Assembly: GCA_016193365.1 (NCBI GenBank)
Contig: JACPSI010000120.1
Coordinates: 2,640-66,639 of the forward strand
Reading direction: 5' to 3'
Source of the DNA: Ignavibacteriales bacterium
GTDB taxonomy: Bacteria > Bacteroidota > Ignavibacteria > UBA10030
DNA length: 64,000 nucleotides
The notes beneath the pieces were generated by a model that was not told where the DNA came from, searched no databases, and was given only the letters and a program-made list of their open reading frames with translations. The first letter of the stretch is position 1. Each line of letters opens with the position of its first letter. The translations under genes were made by a program, and so were the position numbers. Below are positions 29,108-38,997 of this stretch, one piece after another.

Positions 29108-29725
29108 TCAGAGCACAGGCGGAAACCGCTTGAAAATGATAAAGTGATTTCCTAAGTGAATCGGCGATGTGAATGAGCCGTCTCTGAGAGAGGAGAGCAT
29201 CGTCTGCACATCATCAGGATACCGGCGAATGTTTACTTTGCCCAAGCGTCCGCCGTCAGAAGCTGATACGGACCTGGAATGACCTTTCGCGAGCCTGGAA
29301 AAATCTTCTCCAGAATGAAGCAAAGAATAGAGTGAATCTGCTGAGGACGCCGATTCACAAACAATTTCTGCCAATTCCATGATTCTTGGTTCGGTAAACC
29401 GAACAAGAACGGGGAATCGCATCCAGACACGGGTGGGCTTACCTTTCGCCAAAGCCGGACTGAACTTCCAACGATACATCGTCTGGCGGGCAAGAGAATC
29501 CCAAACCGCGTTCACCGCTGGACTGACGAACTCGACATACGCAACATTCCCCTCTTTGTCGATGAGGAGTCGAAGGTCGATCCGAAGATGTTTTTCAACA
29601 AATGAGTCGACAGCGGGGAGTGGGTCCTGCAGTATGAGCTGCGGTAATTTATCCTGAAGGAGCGCTTGCTCCGGAGCGCTACAGCTTGTGAAGAGAAGGG
29701 CGAAAACGACGAGTGGCAACCTCAT
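29108..29725 (-). CDS. lipoprotein with TonB-C-like and parvulin (PpiC)-like segments
   Basis: Lipobox ALLFTSC. The central region resembles the TonB C-terminal fold. The C-terminus DGGRLGKVN...GSFTSPIHLGNHFIIFKR resembles the PpiC rotamase core. Weak. Confidence 0.45.
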   Translation of the reverse strand: MRLPLVVFALLFTSCSAPEQALLQDKLPQLILQDPLPAVDSFVEKHLRIDLRLLIDKEGNVAYVEFVSPAVNAVWDSLARQTMYRWKFSPALAKGKPTRVWMRFPVLVRFTEPRIMELAEIVCESASSADSLYSLLHSGEDFSRLAKGHSRSVSASDGGRLGKVNIRRYPDDVQTMLSSLRDGSFTSPIHLGNHFIIFKRFPPVL

Positions 29726-29818
29726 CCGTGAACCTCCGCACTGGTAAGTTACACATTCGCCTTGCGTCTGTCAAACAACAGCACACTGAACGGCCCTGCC
29801 TATACGAGAACCGCCTCA

Positions 29819-32653
29819 TCATTGATTCCAACCCAGCACCCACTGAGTTCCGCATATTCCCTTGAACGGACAGCGAGGGCATTGTTCCTCCAGGTTTTCC
29901 GTCGCACGGAACGGCGTTTTCACGTCAACAATTTCGTTCAGGGTTTTGAACAGCACGTGCTCAAGTTTTTCGTATTGCACCTCCTGCGGCAGGTCTTTGT
30001 CAAAAAGCGGCGATTCGATGGTGGCGTCAATCTTGCTTTTTCCAATAAAAAGGAAGGCCGGCTTGATTTTTTCCACTGGCACGTTCGTACTCAGTTTGTA
30101 CACCATCGCGTACAGGGGAAGCTGAAATGACCCAACCGAGCTTGCCAACGTTGAAGTGTCGTCGACATTCAGGTTTGCGATTTTCGTTTTGAGTTTAAAT
30201 GGATCTCCGCCTGTCTTGTAGTCCAGTATATGGGTATCGCCGTTACGGCGTTCGATGCGGTCCATGCGAACGCGAAACATGAATCCCTTGTAATCAATTT
30301 CCGCTTTCGACTCAAGTCCTTTCACGGTGATCGGTGCGGCCCCGGCAAGCGGGATTTGGTAGTTTCTCAGGAAACGTAAGAGCTGCTTTTCAATCTGCAT
30401 TTTCATGAGCGTGAGAGTGCCGTATTCGTATTCTCCGAATCTCTTCCTCATGTTGTCGTCGATAACTCTGCGCAGTTCTTCTTCATTCAGCGACTTTCCC
30501 GTCAGCGTTGTATCGAGCGTCGGCCGGTACCAATCGAGGAGAATGTCATGGATCAGATTGCCGATATCCCGCGCTTCAATATCCTCGGTCACTTCTTCTT
30601 TCTCTTCGAGCCCAGCCACCTGTGAATAATAGAACTTCAGAGGGCATTGCAGATACGAATCGAGCGATGTGGCTGTATAACTGATTCCTCTCAAGTATTC
30701 CCTCATCTCCGCCGTCTTTTCAACGGGCTGAGGAATCGCGTTCTTGAGTGAGAGCTGATACGAAATTGTTTTTATGAAAGCCTTCTCTTCGGATTGACGT
30801 TCCCGTTTCTGACGTTCCCACAGTAGCTTTTCGGCGAACCTGCTTTTTTCCCGTCTTCCGTTTTCCGTAAAGAACAGCCTGACTTCTTTTGCACCACGAA
30901 TCAGAGTATCGAAATAGGCTTCCTGAAGTTGTTCGCGATCATAGGTGGTTTCCAGGCCCAGTTCCTCGCGGATTTTTTCCGGCAGCAAGTTCGCCGTCCT
31001 GTTCGTCCGTCCCGGCAGCACATCTTCGTTGACGTCTAAGACAAACACACGGGAGAACCTGAGATTGCGAGTTTCCAGAAGCCCGAGCGCCTGAATTCCC
31101 CGCAACGGTGTCCCCGCAAAATGAACTTCGTTCGTGGATAAATATTCACGCACAAGCTTTACGTAGGAACGCTGATCTTCAAACGCATGAGAGCTCAACA
31201 GCCCGCGGGAGAGCTTGTCCATGCTTTCAATCATCTTTTCCGCAAAAGGATGGAAATACGGGTGCAGACGGGCCGTGCTCTCGTCATAGATGAAATTGAG
31301 GACGTCAACACATTTTTCCGAAAAATCTCTGACGTCGCGAAACTCCTCGAGAGGCCGGATTGTCCTGTCATGAATATATTTCAAATGGCGCTGGATATCG
31401 ATGGCCGCAATTGACTGATCAGAGCCGGAGAGAGTTCGCTGAACTTTTCCAAAAATGTTCTTTTGGGCTTCAAGATTTTCAAGCTCAAAGAATGTTGTGG
31501 CGCCTCGCTCGGCAAACTCCGCCTCGATCGTGTGGAACAGAACACGCGTGACATCCGCTCTTTTGCGAAAGAGGATGTTCTTTGTATACGGGTGCAAGGC
31601 AAACTTTATGTAGCTCGGTGCATGATATGCTCCCTGATACTTTGAGGCGATCAACTCCAGCACGCTGTCAAAAAAAGCATAGACGGGACTCCGCGCGAGC
31701 CCGTAGCCGAGCGAGATGTTGTATTGGTTTTCCTTGAGGAGCGAAAGCGTTTGGTGAAGCACCGGAAAAAGGGCATCGGACGACGGCAGGACCATGACGG
31801 TGTTCTCATCCAACGGGGCCTTGCGGTCGATCAGTTCTTGAACCTGAGAAGTCAGCGCAAAGACCTGGCCGTGGACATCGGGGCTCCTGTACATTGTCAC
31901 CGAAGGCTCTTCCGCCGGTTCGCCGACCTCCTCCGGCTCGAGACCCAGCTCAGCGACAATGCGTGAAACAAGCCTCGCATGTTGCAGCAGGAATGTCGTT
32001 TGATTCAACGTGAGAAGTTTACGAAAAATTTCGCGTTCCGCGTGCATCAAAGCAAAAAAACCAGCGACGATAATTGTTTTGTACTTGGTGAGACTCTCGG
32101 CCGTAAATTCTGTGCTCGCGGTGATGTATTTCATCGACCGTGTGATATATCCTCGTTTCGAAACCTCTCTGTAAAACCTTTCGAACAGGTCCGGCAACAG
32201 ATGAATTTTTCCATAGGTGATTCCGGAAATCTTTTCATGGACGAGTTTTGGGCTGCAGCCGGCGATTTTCAGTTCCTCGAGTTCGTCGAACAGTTTTATT
32301 CCGAGCGGCACAAATTCATCGAGGCGGTCGAAATGCTTTCCGCCAAACCGATCACGGGATCTGAGATGCTCTTCAAACAGGATTGCCACTACGTCGAGAG
32401 CCTCAAGGGTAGGCTCATGGTGACCAAGGATGTCGCTGTGAATCAGCTCGACGAATTCTTCCATGGAAAGCTCACGCGGCGGGATGAAACTCGTCCCCTT
32501 TTTTGTTGCAATTGCTTTCCTTAGAAAATATCCGGGTCGTTTGCCGGGAAAAATGACGAGGTTCTTCGAATAATCCAGCCCTTCGGCGGAGAGGCGTTTC
32601 AACACTTCGTCGATGAGGTTGACCGAGGGCGATATGAGATATGATTTTGCCAT
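29819..32653 (-). CDS. AddB-like helicase-nuclease subunit (PD-(D/E)XK nuclease with C-terminal Fe-S cluster, degenerate N-terminal ATPase)
   Basis: C-terminal ILDYKTG (RecB-family nuclease motif) and CPRCPFKGIC cysteine cluster. The N-terminus FPGKRPGYF sits where the Walker A would be. Confidence 0.75.
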   Translation of the reverse strand: MAKSYLISPSVNLIDEVLKRLSAEGLDYSKNLVIFPGKRPGYFLRKAIATKKGTSFIPPRELSMEEFVELIHSDILGHHEPTLEALDVVAILFEEHLRSRDRFGGKHFDRLDEFVPLGIKLFDELEELKIAGCSPKLVHEKISGITYGKIHLLPDLFERFYREVSKRGYITRSMKYITASTEFTAESLTKYKTIIVAGFFALMHAEREIFRKLLTLNQTTFLLQHARLVSRIVAELGLEPEEVGEPAEEPSVTMYRSPDVHGQVFALTSQVQELIDRKAPLDENTVMVLPSSDALFPVLHQTLSLLKENQYNISLGYGLARSPVYAFFDSVLELIASKYQGAYHAPSYIKFALHPYTKNILFRKRADVTRVLFHTIEAEFAERGATTFFELENLEAQKNIFGKVQRTLSGSDQSIAAIDIQRHLKYIHDRTIRPLEEFRDVRDFSEKCVDVLNFIYDESTARLHPYFHPFAEKMIESMDKLSRGLLSSHAFEDQRSYVKLVREYLSTNEVHFAGTPLRGIQALGLLETRNLRFSRVFVLDVNEDVLPGRTNRTANLLPEKIREELGLETTYDREQLQEAYFDTLIRGAKEVRLFFTENGRREKSRFAEKLLWERQKRERQSEEKAFIKTISYQLSLKNAIPQPVEKTAEMREYLRGISYTATSLDSYLQCPLKFYYSQVAGLEEKEEVTEDIEARDIGNLIHDILLDWYRPTLDTTLTGKSLNEEELRRVIDDNMRKRFGEYEYGTLTLMKMQIEKQLLRFLRNYQIPLAGAAPITVKGLESKAEIDYKGFMFRVRMDRIERRNGDTHILDYKTGGDPFKLKTKIANLNVDDTSTLASSVGSFQLPLYAMVYKLSTNVPVEKIKPAFLFIGKSKIDATIESPLFDKDLPQEVQYEKLEHVLFKTLNEIVDVKTPFRATENLEEQCPRCPFKGICGTQWVLGWNQ

Positions 32654-32654
32654 T

Positions 32655-32772
32655 CCTTGACCTTGTCAAGGTTCACAAGTTTCTTTCCGACCTTGACAAG
32701 GTTAACGAGTAATCTTGTACCTTCGTAACCTTGTCAAGGGCAATCTTATTCATGGTAACCTTGACAAGGTCT
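32655..32772. repeat. four copies of the 11-bp palindrome CCTTG-W-CAAGG in the addA-addB spacer
   Basis: Copies at 32661-71 (T), 32691-701 (A), 32729-39 (T) and 32759-69 (A). The central base alternates, so each pair spaced 30 bp apart is a perfect inverted repeat with a 12-13-bp stem. Confidence 0.85.
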
Positions 32773-32782
32773 GTATTACCGC

Positions 32783-35700
32783 CTATTCAACGCTTACGAT
32801 TTTTTTTATGTCTATGTATGCCACGAAACCTTGCGTTTTTTTCGTCGGATAGATTTCCCGTAAAATCTCCATGTAATTTTTCACCTGCGTCAAATACTCC
32901 TTCTCGTTTTCCTGCCCTCCGGTCTTGAAATCAATGACGGTCACGGTTCCGTCCTCGATCACGATGCGGTCGCAGCGAAAGAGTTCGCCATTTTTGTTGA
33001 CAAATTCCTGTTCGGTGAGCACGGTTTTCTTTCTATCCTTCTTGAAGAACGAACTCACTTCGCCTTCGACAAGAAAAGCTTTCACAGCCATGAGAATCTC
33101 GGACTGTTCAAACGAGTTCCTTCTGGACTTATCAACTCTCTCCCAGACCGACTCAAGGTCTCTGTCGATATTTGTATCGAGGAATTCCAAACGTGCCATC
33201 AGCTCATGGATCAGCTCCCCTCGCTGTGTTTCCTTCAAGGCAATTCGACGCTTATCTGATACTGCCACATTTCTTAGTGTTCCGCTGTACTGAACTTGTG
33301 TCAGTGTCTGCTGTTCCTCGAGGCCTAATCTCAGCTCTCGCTCCTGTGGTTTGCCGATTGTTTGTTCAACGAGGTATTTTGTCGGGCCTTTGCGCTCTTC
33401 ATTCATCACGCATACGATGTGCATTTCTTCCCGTGCACGCGTCAGCGCCACGTAGAGCTTATTGAGAGCATCGGCCTGCTGCACCAAGAGTTTCTCGTCG
33501 TGCAGGGCTTGCAACGACTCGCTTTTCTCGCCAATTTTTTCCGTGAGCGACAAGAGCCGGACGTCTTCGTCTCCCTCATCCATTTGCGGATCTCTCAATC
33601 GTGGTTCCTTATCCCTGAGGAAAACAAGGACGACGGGATAATCCAGCCCCTTCGCCTTGTGCACGGTCATCACGTTGACTGCGTTTGTCCCCGCAGGCAC
33701 AGACATTGTCCAGCGGTCCGTGTCATCTTTTTCCTCAGCATATTCAAGGAATTCTTTGAGACTGTTATTTCCTTCCTGTTCGTACGCGCGGACAGCCTCC
33801 AGGAATTTCACATGCGCCGCTTCTTCTTCATTGAACAGAGCAAGAACCTGGAAGATCTTGTATGCTTCCGAAACGAGGTCATATAGAGGTAAATATCCGA
33901 CCGATGTAAACAGGGGCTCAAACAAATCCGTCCAGTGTTGCTTGTATTTATCTTGAAATACCCTGTAAAGAGGAGAAAAACGGCGCTCGGATCGATGAAC
34001 CTCAAACAAAAGATTCTTGATTTCGTCCCTCAGCGATTCCGCAGCGAGCGATCCTGCCCGTCCCAGAAAAACTTTACCCAGCAAGAACGTCGCAAACGAT
34101 AGGTCGTCGACCGGAGAATCCAGAAACTTCAGCAACGCGATGACCTCGCCGACAGATTTTCTCCTGCGGACGTCGAGATTGCTGTGCGAGACAAACGGAA
34201 TGGACGGCTTGTGTTCGTTCAGCCACGAACTGATCATGATAACGTCATTGTTTTCCGGCGTCAGGATGGCGATTTCATGGTACTTGTATCCCCGGTTCAG
34301 GCAATCATCGATGCTTTTCATAACCTTTGCCCGCTCGGGCCGCGCTTCGACGTCGTGCGGGACGAGATGCACCCGCACAAATCCTTTGTTCTGTCGGTCT
34401 TTCGGCACTCGCTGGTCGACGTCGGAGAGGTCGCTGAGTTTCGCGGCCTCTGCATATTCCGACATCGGAATCGTGAGGCAAAAGAACTGGCGGTTGAATT
34501 CCACGATGTTCCCCAGACTCCGGTAATTCGATCGAAGGTCCAGGTTTGTAGGCTGCACAGACCCAAATTCGCTTCCCTGTGCAAGACGTTTCATGATGGT
34601 CCAATCTGCGCCGCGAAAGCCGTAGATCGATTGCTTTGTATCACCAACAACAAACAATGAGCCGTCTTTCGAGAGTGTTTCTTCCAGCAATGGCTTGAGG
34701 TTAAACCACTGGATGGGCGACGTGTCCTGAAACTCATCGATCAGAAAATGATGTACGGACTCCCCGAGTTTATAATAGATCTCCGGCACCATGCTTCTCG
34801 TGAGATTGTCTTTCAGTTTCCAATGAATTTCGTCCAGAAGTAATGCGCCGTCCCGGCGTGAAATTTCGTCAACATGGCCTTCGATAAGCTCCATCGTTCG
34901 CGCGTACGGATAAAACCGTGACTGAGAAAACACTTCGGCATATTGCGCGAGCAGCCCATAAAAGCGAGCCAATTCCTCTTCGATTGTTGTTCCGTATTTC
35001 TGAAACCCCGCGTGCTGTTTGACCGATGGTTTGTTGAAAGGACGATTTTTTTTTGTTCGTTCGAGTAGCGCCTCGATGTTCTTCTGCTTCGCTTCGTTGA
35101 GGTCATTCTGAAAATTGTGGCTTATCGTGAGACCCGATTCATCAAGCACTTTCTGCAAAGCCCGACCCTGTTGCTCGATGGTTTTTGCAATTTCTGTTAA
35201 TTCAGACGACTTGTCCTCCATGATGAGAGGTTTCGTTACCATTCTGAGCGAGCGATAGAGCCTCTGACATTCCCGGAGCATGTTGCCATACGGGTTCCAA
35301 AGAAAACGCAGGTAGCTGAACCGCGTCTGCTCAATCAGCGAGACAAGTTTCCTCAACAAATCCGAATATTGTGCCTGAGCGTCGGCATCATGGGCGAATT
35401 CCGCAAATGCTTCGGCGAGAGGTTTGTCGGGGTTGAATGTGATGTCGGCTGTTTGAGCGTAACCAAATTCGAGCGCCGTGGATTGGAATACCGAAATGAG
35501 AAAGCTATCGATTGTGCGAACCTGGAAATCGGAGAACCGTTCGAGAATCATTTCCAGGACATACTCCGCGCGGTCGCGCAGATCTTGTCCCTGCATGCTG
35601 ACAAGTTCCTGTACTTCAGCCGGGACCTCGCCCTTGCCGAGAGCCAGAGCCTTCAGATATTTGATCACTCTCTGTTTCATCTCCGCCGCCGCGTTGTTCG

Positions 35701-35872
35701 TGAACGTCATAGCGAGGATGTTTCTGAGATCGTTGTGTGAGATCCTCTCGGAAAGCAGCAGCTGAAGATATCTCAGCGTTAACGTGCGTGTTTTGCCCGA
35801 GCCGGCAGAAGCTGTGACGACCGTAAGGTCTGGAAGACTAAATTTTGTGTCAGATGTAAACATGCCGGGCAT
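32783..35872 (-). CDS. AddA-like ATP-dependent helicase/nuclease subunit (UvrD-type helicase with C-terminal RecB nuclease)
   Basis: Walker A TASAGSGKTRTL at the N-terminus. UvrD helicase motifs. C-terminal GRIDRI.../VIDFKTG nuclease motif. Confidence 0.8.
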   Translation of the reverse strand: MPGMFTSDTKFSLPDLTVVTASAGSGKTRTLTLRYLQLLLSERISHNDLRNILAMTFTNNAAAEMKQRVIKYLKALALGKGEVPAEVQELVSMQGQDLRDRAEYVLEMILERFSDFQVRTIDSFLISVFQSTALEFGYAQTADITFNPDKPLAEAFAEFAHDADAQAQYSDLLRKLVSLIEQTRFSYLRFLWNPYGNMLRECQRLYRSLRMVTKPLIMEDKSSELTEIAKTIEQQGRALQKVLDESGLTISHNFQNDLNEAKQKNIEALLERTKKNRPFNKPSVKQHAGFQKYGTTIEEELARFYGLLAQYAEVFSQSRFYPYARTMELIEGHVDEISRRDGALLLDEIHWKLKDNLTRSMVPEIYYKLGESVHHFLIDEFQDTSPIQWFNLKPLLEETLSKDGSLFVVGDTKQSIYGFRGADWTIMKRLAQGSEFGSVQPTNLDLRSNYRSLGNIVEFNRQFFCLTIPMSEYAEAAKLSDLSDVDQRVPKDRQNKGFVRVHLVPHDVEARPERAKVMKSIDDCLNRGYKYHEIAILTPENNDVIMISSWLNEHKPSIPFVSHSNLDVRRRKSVGEVIALLKFLDSPVDDLSFATFLLGKVFLGRAGSLAAESLRDEIKNLLFEVHRSERRFSPLYRVFQDKYKQHWTDLFEPLFTSVGYLPLYDLVSEAYKIFQVLALFNEEEAAHVKFLEAVRAYEQEGNNSLKEFLEYAEEKDDTDRWTMSVPAGTNAVNVMTVHKAKGLDYPVVLVFLRDKEPRLRDPQMDEGDEDVRLLSLTEKIGEKSESLQALHDEKLLVQQADALNKLYVALTRAREEMHIVCVMNEERKGPTKYLVEQTIGKPQERELRLGLEEQQTLTQVQYSGTLRNVAVSDKRRIALKETQRGELIHELMARLEFLDTNIDRDLESVWERVDKSRRNSFEQSEILMAVKAFLVEGEVSSFFKKDRKKTVLTEQEFVNKNGELFRCDRIVIEDGTVTVIDFKTGGQENEKEYLTQVKNYMEILREIYPTKKTQGFVAYIDIKKIVSVE

Positions 35873-36123
35873 GAGCGAAAAATTAATTAGATCTTAAAAA
35901 AATGTTTGCTTCTCCGTTTTCGCAAAGCTTTTACTTTACGAGTGTGCTATTGTGGCAACTAATAAGCGGTCGGAGTTAAATTTCGCTTATGATGCTCTTC
36001 AACTTTTCTTAAGGTACGTGACGAATCTTCGATTTCCAAGCAATTGACTTTCGGACCTCGTTTCTCTACATTGACGCCACATCGTTTTTCAATTCCGCTC
36101 ATTTTTCTCTTGCCGGAGGACGT

Positions 36124-38013
36124 ATGCATTTTCGAACGACTGTTGCGCTCTTGTCCTTTTTTGTTTTGAGTTGCCAACGGGGAGACTATCGCGAAGTAAA
36201 GGACTATACCATCGAACAATTCATGAACACGGAAGCCATCGGCGGAGCGTCTTTTTCCCACGATGAGAAGCTCATCCTGTATTCCAGCAAGAAGACGGGC
36301 ATATACAACGCCTACACTGTGCCCGTTGAAGGCGGCGAACCTACACAACTGACCGACTCCAAAACGAATTCCATTTTTGCCGTCTCGTTCTTTCCGAAAG
36401 ACAACAGAATTCTCTACCGGAGCGACCAGGGAGGAAACGAAATCCATCACATTTACCTGAGAAACGAGGACGGCTCGACGAAGGATCTGACGCCCGGTGA
36501 AAAAGCGCGGTCTCTGTTCTACGGCTGGAGCCACGATCAAAAAAGCTTCTTCTATGGGTCAAACAAGAGAAACCCGAAGTTCATGGATGTTTACGAAATG
36601 GACATCGAGACTTTTAAGCCGAGGATGATCTATCAAAACGATGAAGGGATCGACCTTGCCTCCATTTCGGACGACAAACGCTACTTTGCCCTCACAAAAA
36701 CGATTACGACGAACAATAACGAAATGTATCTGTATGACAACCAGACGAAGAAGCTCACGCATCTGAGCAAGCATGAGGGCGACGTCACATACTCGCCTGC
36801 GATGTTCAGCACGGATTCCAAAAACTTGTATTACCTCACCGACGAGGGAAGCGAGTTCACGTATCTGAAACGCTATGACATCGCATCCGGAGCCTCGGAA
36901 AAAATCGAGGATGCGCCCTGGGACATCAGTTTTGCAGACCTTTCCTGGAATGGAAAGTACAGGGTTGTGGGCGTGAACAACGATGCAAAGACCGAAATCA
37001 AGGTCTATGACCAGGCGTCGGGACAGCGCATCGACCTTCCAAAACTCCCGGCCGCAGACATCACTGCCGTCAATATCTCAAGGTCGGAAAAACTAATGAC
37101 GTTTTACGTGAACGGTTCCCGTTCTCCGAACAACCTGCATGTCTACAATTTTGAGACAAAGCAGTATAAGCCCCTGACGAGCACTATGAACCCTGAGATT
37201 GGAAAGGATGACCTTGTCGACGCGCAAGTTGTGCGATTCAAGTCGTTTGACGGCGTGGAGATTCCGTCGATTTACTACAAGCCTCATCACATCAAGCCGG
37301 GCGAAAAAACTCCGGCGCTGGTTTGGGTGCACGGCGGGCCGGGGGGACAGACTCGCACGGGATACTCACCGCTTATTCAATATCTCGTCAATCATGGCTA
37401 TGTGGTCCTTGGTGTAAACAATAGGGGAAGCTCGGGCTACGGCAAGACATTTTTCAAAATGGACGATCTCAAGCACGGGAATGAGGATCTTGCGGATTGC
37501 ATCGAGGCGAAAAAATTTCTTGCTTCAACCGGGGTGGTGGATACAAACAAGATCGGTATTATCGGCGGGAGCTATGGCGGGTACATGGTCTGTGCTGCTC
37601 TCGCATTCCGTCCAGACGAGTTTGCCGTCGGCGTTGATATTTTCGGAGTGACTAATTGGGTTCGAACGCTCAAGAGCATACCGCCCTGGTGGGAGGCGTT
37701 CCGGGAGGCTCTGTACAAAGAACTTGGCGACCCCTTCAAGCAAGAGGATTTCCTGAGAGCAAAATCGCCGTTATTCCATGGGGATAAGATCAAGAAGCCA
37801 ATGATCGTCCTGCAGGGAGCCAACGACCCGCGTGTACTCAAGGTAGAATCGGATGAGATGGTGGAGGCCATCAGAAAAAATGGCGTGCCTGTTGAGTACG
37901 TCGTTTTCCCTGACGAAGGACATGGTTTCGTCAAAAGAGAAAACGAGATCAAGGGCTATAGAGCGATTCTGGATTTCCTGGAAAAATACCTGAAGGGAAA
38001 AACGCAGGCGTAG
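36124..38013 (+). CDS. S9 family serine peptidase (prolyl oligopeptidase / dipeptidyl aminopeptidase type) with N-terminal beta-propeller
   Basis: GGSYGGYM nucleophile elbow plus DEGHGF catalytic-His region. The N-terminus is WD40/TolB-like. Confidence 0.85.
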   Translation: MHFRTTVALLSFFVLSCQRGDYREVKDYTIEQFMNTEAIGGASFSHDEKLILYSSKKTGIYNAYTVPVEGGEPTQLTDSKTNSIFAVSFFPKDNRILYRSDQGGNEIHHIYLRNEDGSTKDLTPGEKARSLFYGWSHDQKSFFYGSNKRNPKFMDVYEMDIETFKPRMIYQNDEGIDLASISDDKRYFALTKTITTNNNEMYLYDNQTKKLTHLSKHEGDVTYSPAMFSTDSKNLYYLTDEGSEFTYLKRYDIASGASEKIEDAPWDISFADLSWNGKYRVVGVNNDAKTEIKVYDQASGQRIDLPKLPAADITAVNISRSEKLMTFYVNGSRSPNNLHVYNFETKQYKPLTSTMNPEIGKDDLVDAQVVRFKSFDGVEIPSIYYKPHHIKPGEKTPALVWVHGGPGGQTRTGYSPLIQYLVNHGYVVLGVNNRGSSGYGKTFFKMDDLKHGNEDLADCIEAKKFLASTGVVDTNKIGIIGGSYGGYMVCAALAFRPDEFAVGVDIFGVTNWVRTLKSIPPWWEAFREALYKELGDPFKQEDFLRAKSPLFHGDKIKKPMIVLQGANDPRVLKVESDEMVEAIRKNGVPVEYVVFPDEGHGFVKRENEIKGYRAILDFLEKYLKGKTQA

Positions 38014-38017
38014 GTGT

Positions 38018-38962
38018 TCAGGGAGTGAACGTTACTGTTGCGATCTTGTCGAGTTCGGTGGCGACAAAGAGTTTGCCTTCTCGCTGAACGAGTTCTGCAA
38101 CGGCAATTTCGACAGAAAAGAATGGCTTCTCGATTGGCAGGCCAAATGTGTCTGTGTCTGTCCTGTGGCAGACTACTCGAAGGTTGCTGAAGTATTCCTG
38201 GTAAGGTTTGAGCCATATCTCCGAGCGTAACGCCTGGAGCAGATCATAGATTCCCTGCTTTAGTCGGAAAACTCTGTCCGCGTCGAATGCGGTCTGGCTG
38301 TTCACATTCGGAAAAACAAGTTTGAACGACAGAAGTTTTTCCACCGGCGTAATTTTCACTTCTGAAGCGAGTTGATAGAAATCATGCGTCGGATGTTTGG
38401 CCGCATTGAGTTTGAATGTATCTGTAATATCCGTGACCTCCCCTGCCTTGAGTTGATCCAACTCAGCCTTCAGGTGAACAGACCGTAAGGGCTGAGCTCG
38501 CAGCCGTTCCACTTCTCTCAGAGCTTGTTCAGGGTCAGTGTGCGGAATAAACTTCCTCTGCGGTTTTCCGGCGGGAATTTCCTTTCCCGTTTGTTCGCGG
38601 TGAATTTGAGCTATGACGTGTTTGTCGAGTTCCTCAAAAATATCGTCTCGCTTCCGCGTGTAGTGCTCGAACTTCAACGAGGCGAGGAGAAACGGTTGGA
38701 CTCGCGCATAATCCAGAATCTCCGGATAGTCGATGAGCACTTTCGCAACAATGGAAATCAGGATAAACAATGTTCCAATCTCAAGGCCCACACCCAGGTC
38801 CGGACGCTCCATGATAATTGAGAAAAGGTCAATGACAGCCCACACCGGCCCGGCCAGACTCACGATCGTTATCCAGGCCAACACCCCTCCCACATAAGTA
38901 AACCACCCCGGTAAGAGCTTCTTTCCCCATGCCTCTCTGAGCAATCGAAGAAGATACCACAA
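38018..38962 (-). CDS. hypothetical membrane protein (2-3 N-terminal TM helices, cytoplasmic C-domain)
   Basis: Last gene of the minus-strand signalling cluster. No recognisable family. Confidence 0.5.
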   Translation of the reverse strand: MWYLLRLLREAWGKKLLPGWFTYVGGVLAWITIVSLAGPVWAVIDLFSIIMERPDLGVGLEIGTLFILISIVAKVLIDYPEILDYARVQPFLLASLKFEHYTRKRDDIFEELDKHVIAQIHREQTGKEIPAGKPQRKFIPHTDPEQALREVERLRAQPLRSVHLKAELDQLKAGEVTDITDTFKLNAAKHPTHDFYQLASEVKITPVEKLLSFKLVFPNVNSQTAFDADRVFRLKQGIYDLLQALRSEIWLKPYQEYFSNLRVVCHRTDTDTFGLPIEKPFFSVEIAVAELVQREGKLFVATELDKIATVTFTP

Positions 38963-38997
38963 GCCGGCGCTCAGCGCGGATGTTAGCAGAAAATTCT

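Noticed and set aside
32655-32772. Possible CRISPR array (regularly spaced short repeats)
   Set aside because: Repeats are only 11 bp, alternate in orientation, and the spacers are 19-27 bp of ordinary sequence. There are no cas genes, and the array sits inside an operon junction.
29819-35872. Possibility that the UvrD-helicase/nuclease pair is a defence system (Gabija/Hachiman-like) rather than AddAB
   Set aside because: The C-terminal RecB-type nuclease motif in the helicase and the AddB-type Fe-S cysteine cluster in the partner fit housekeeping AddAB/RexAB.
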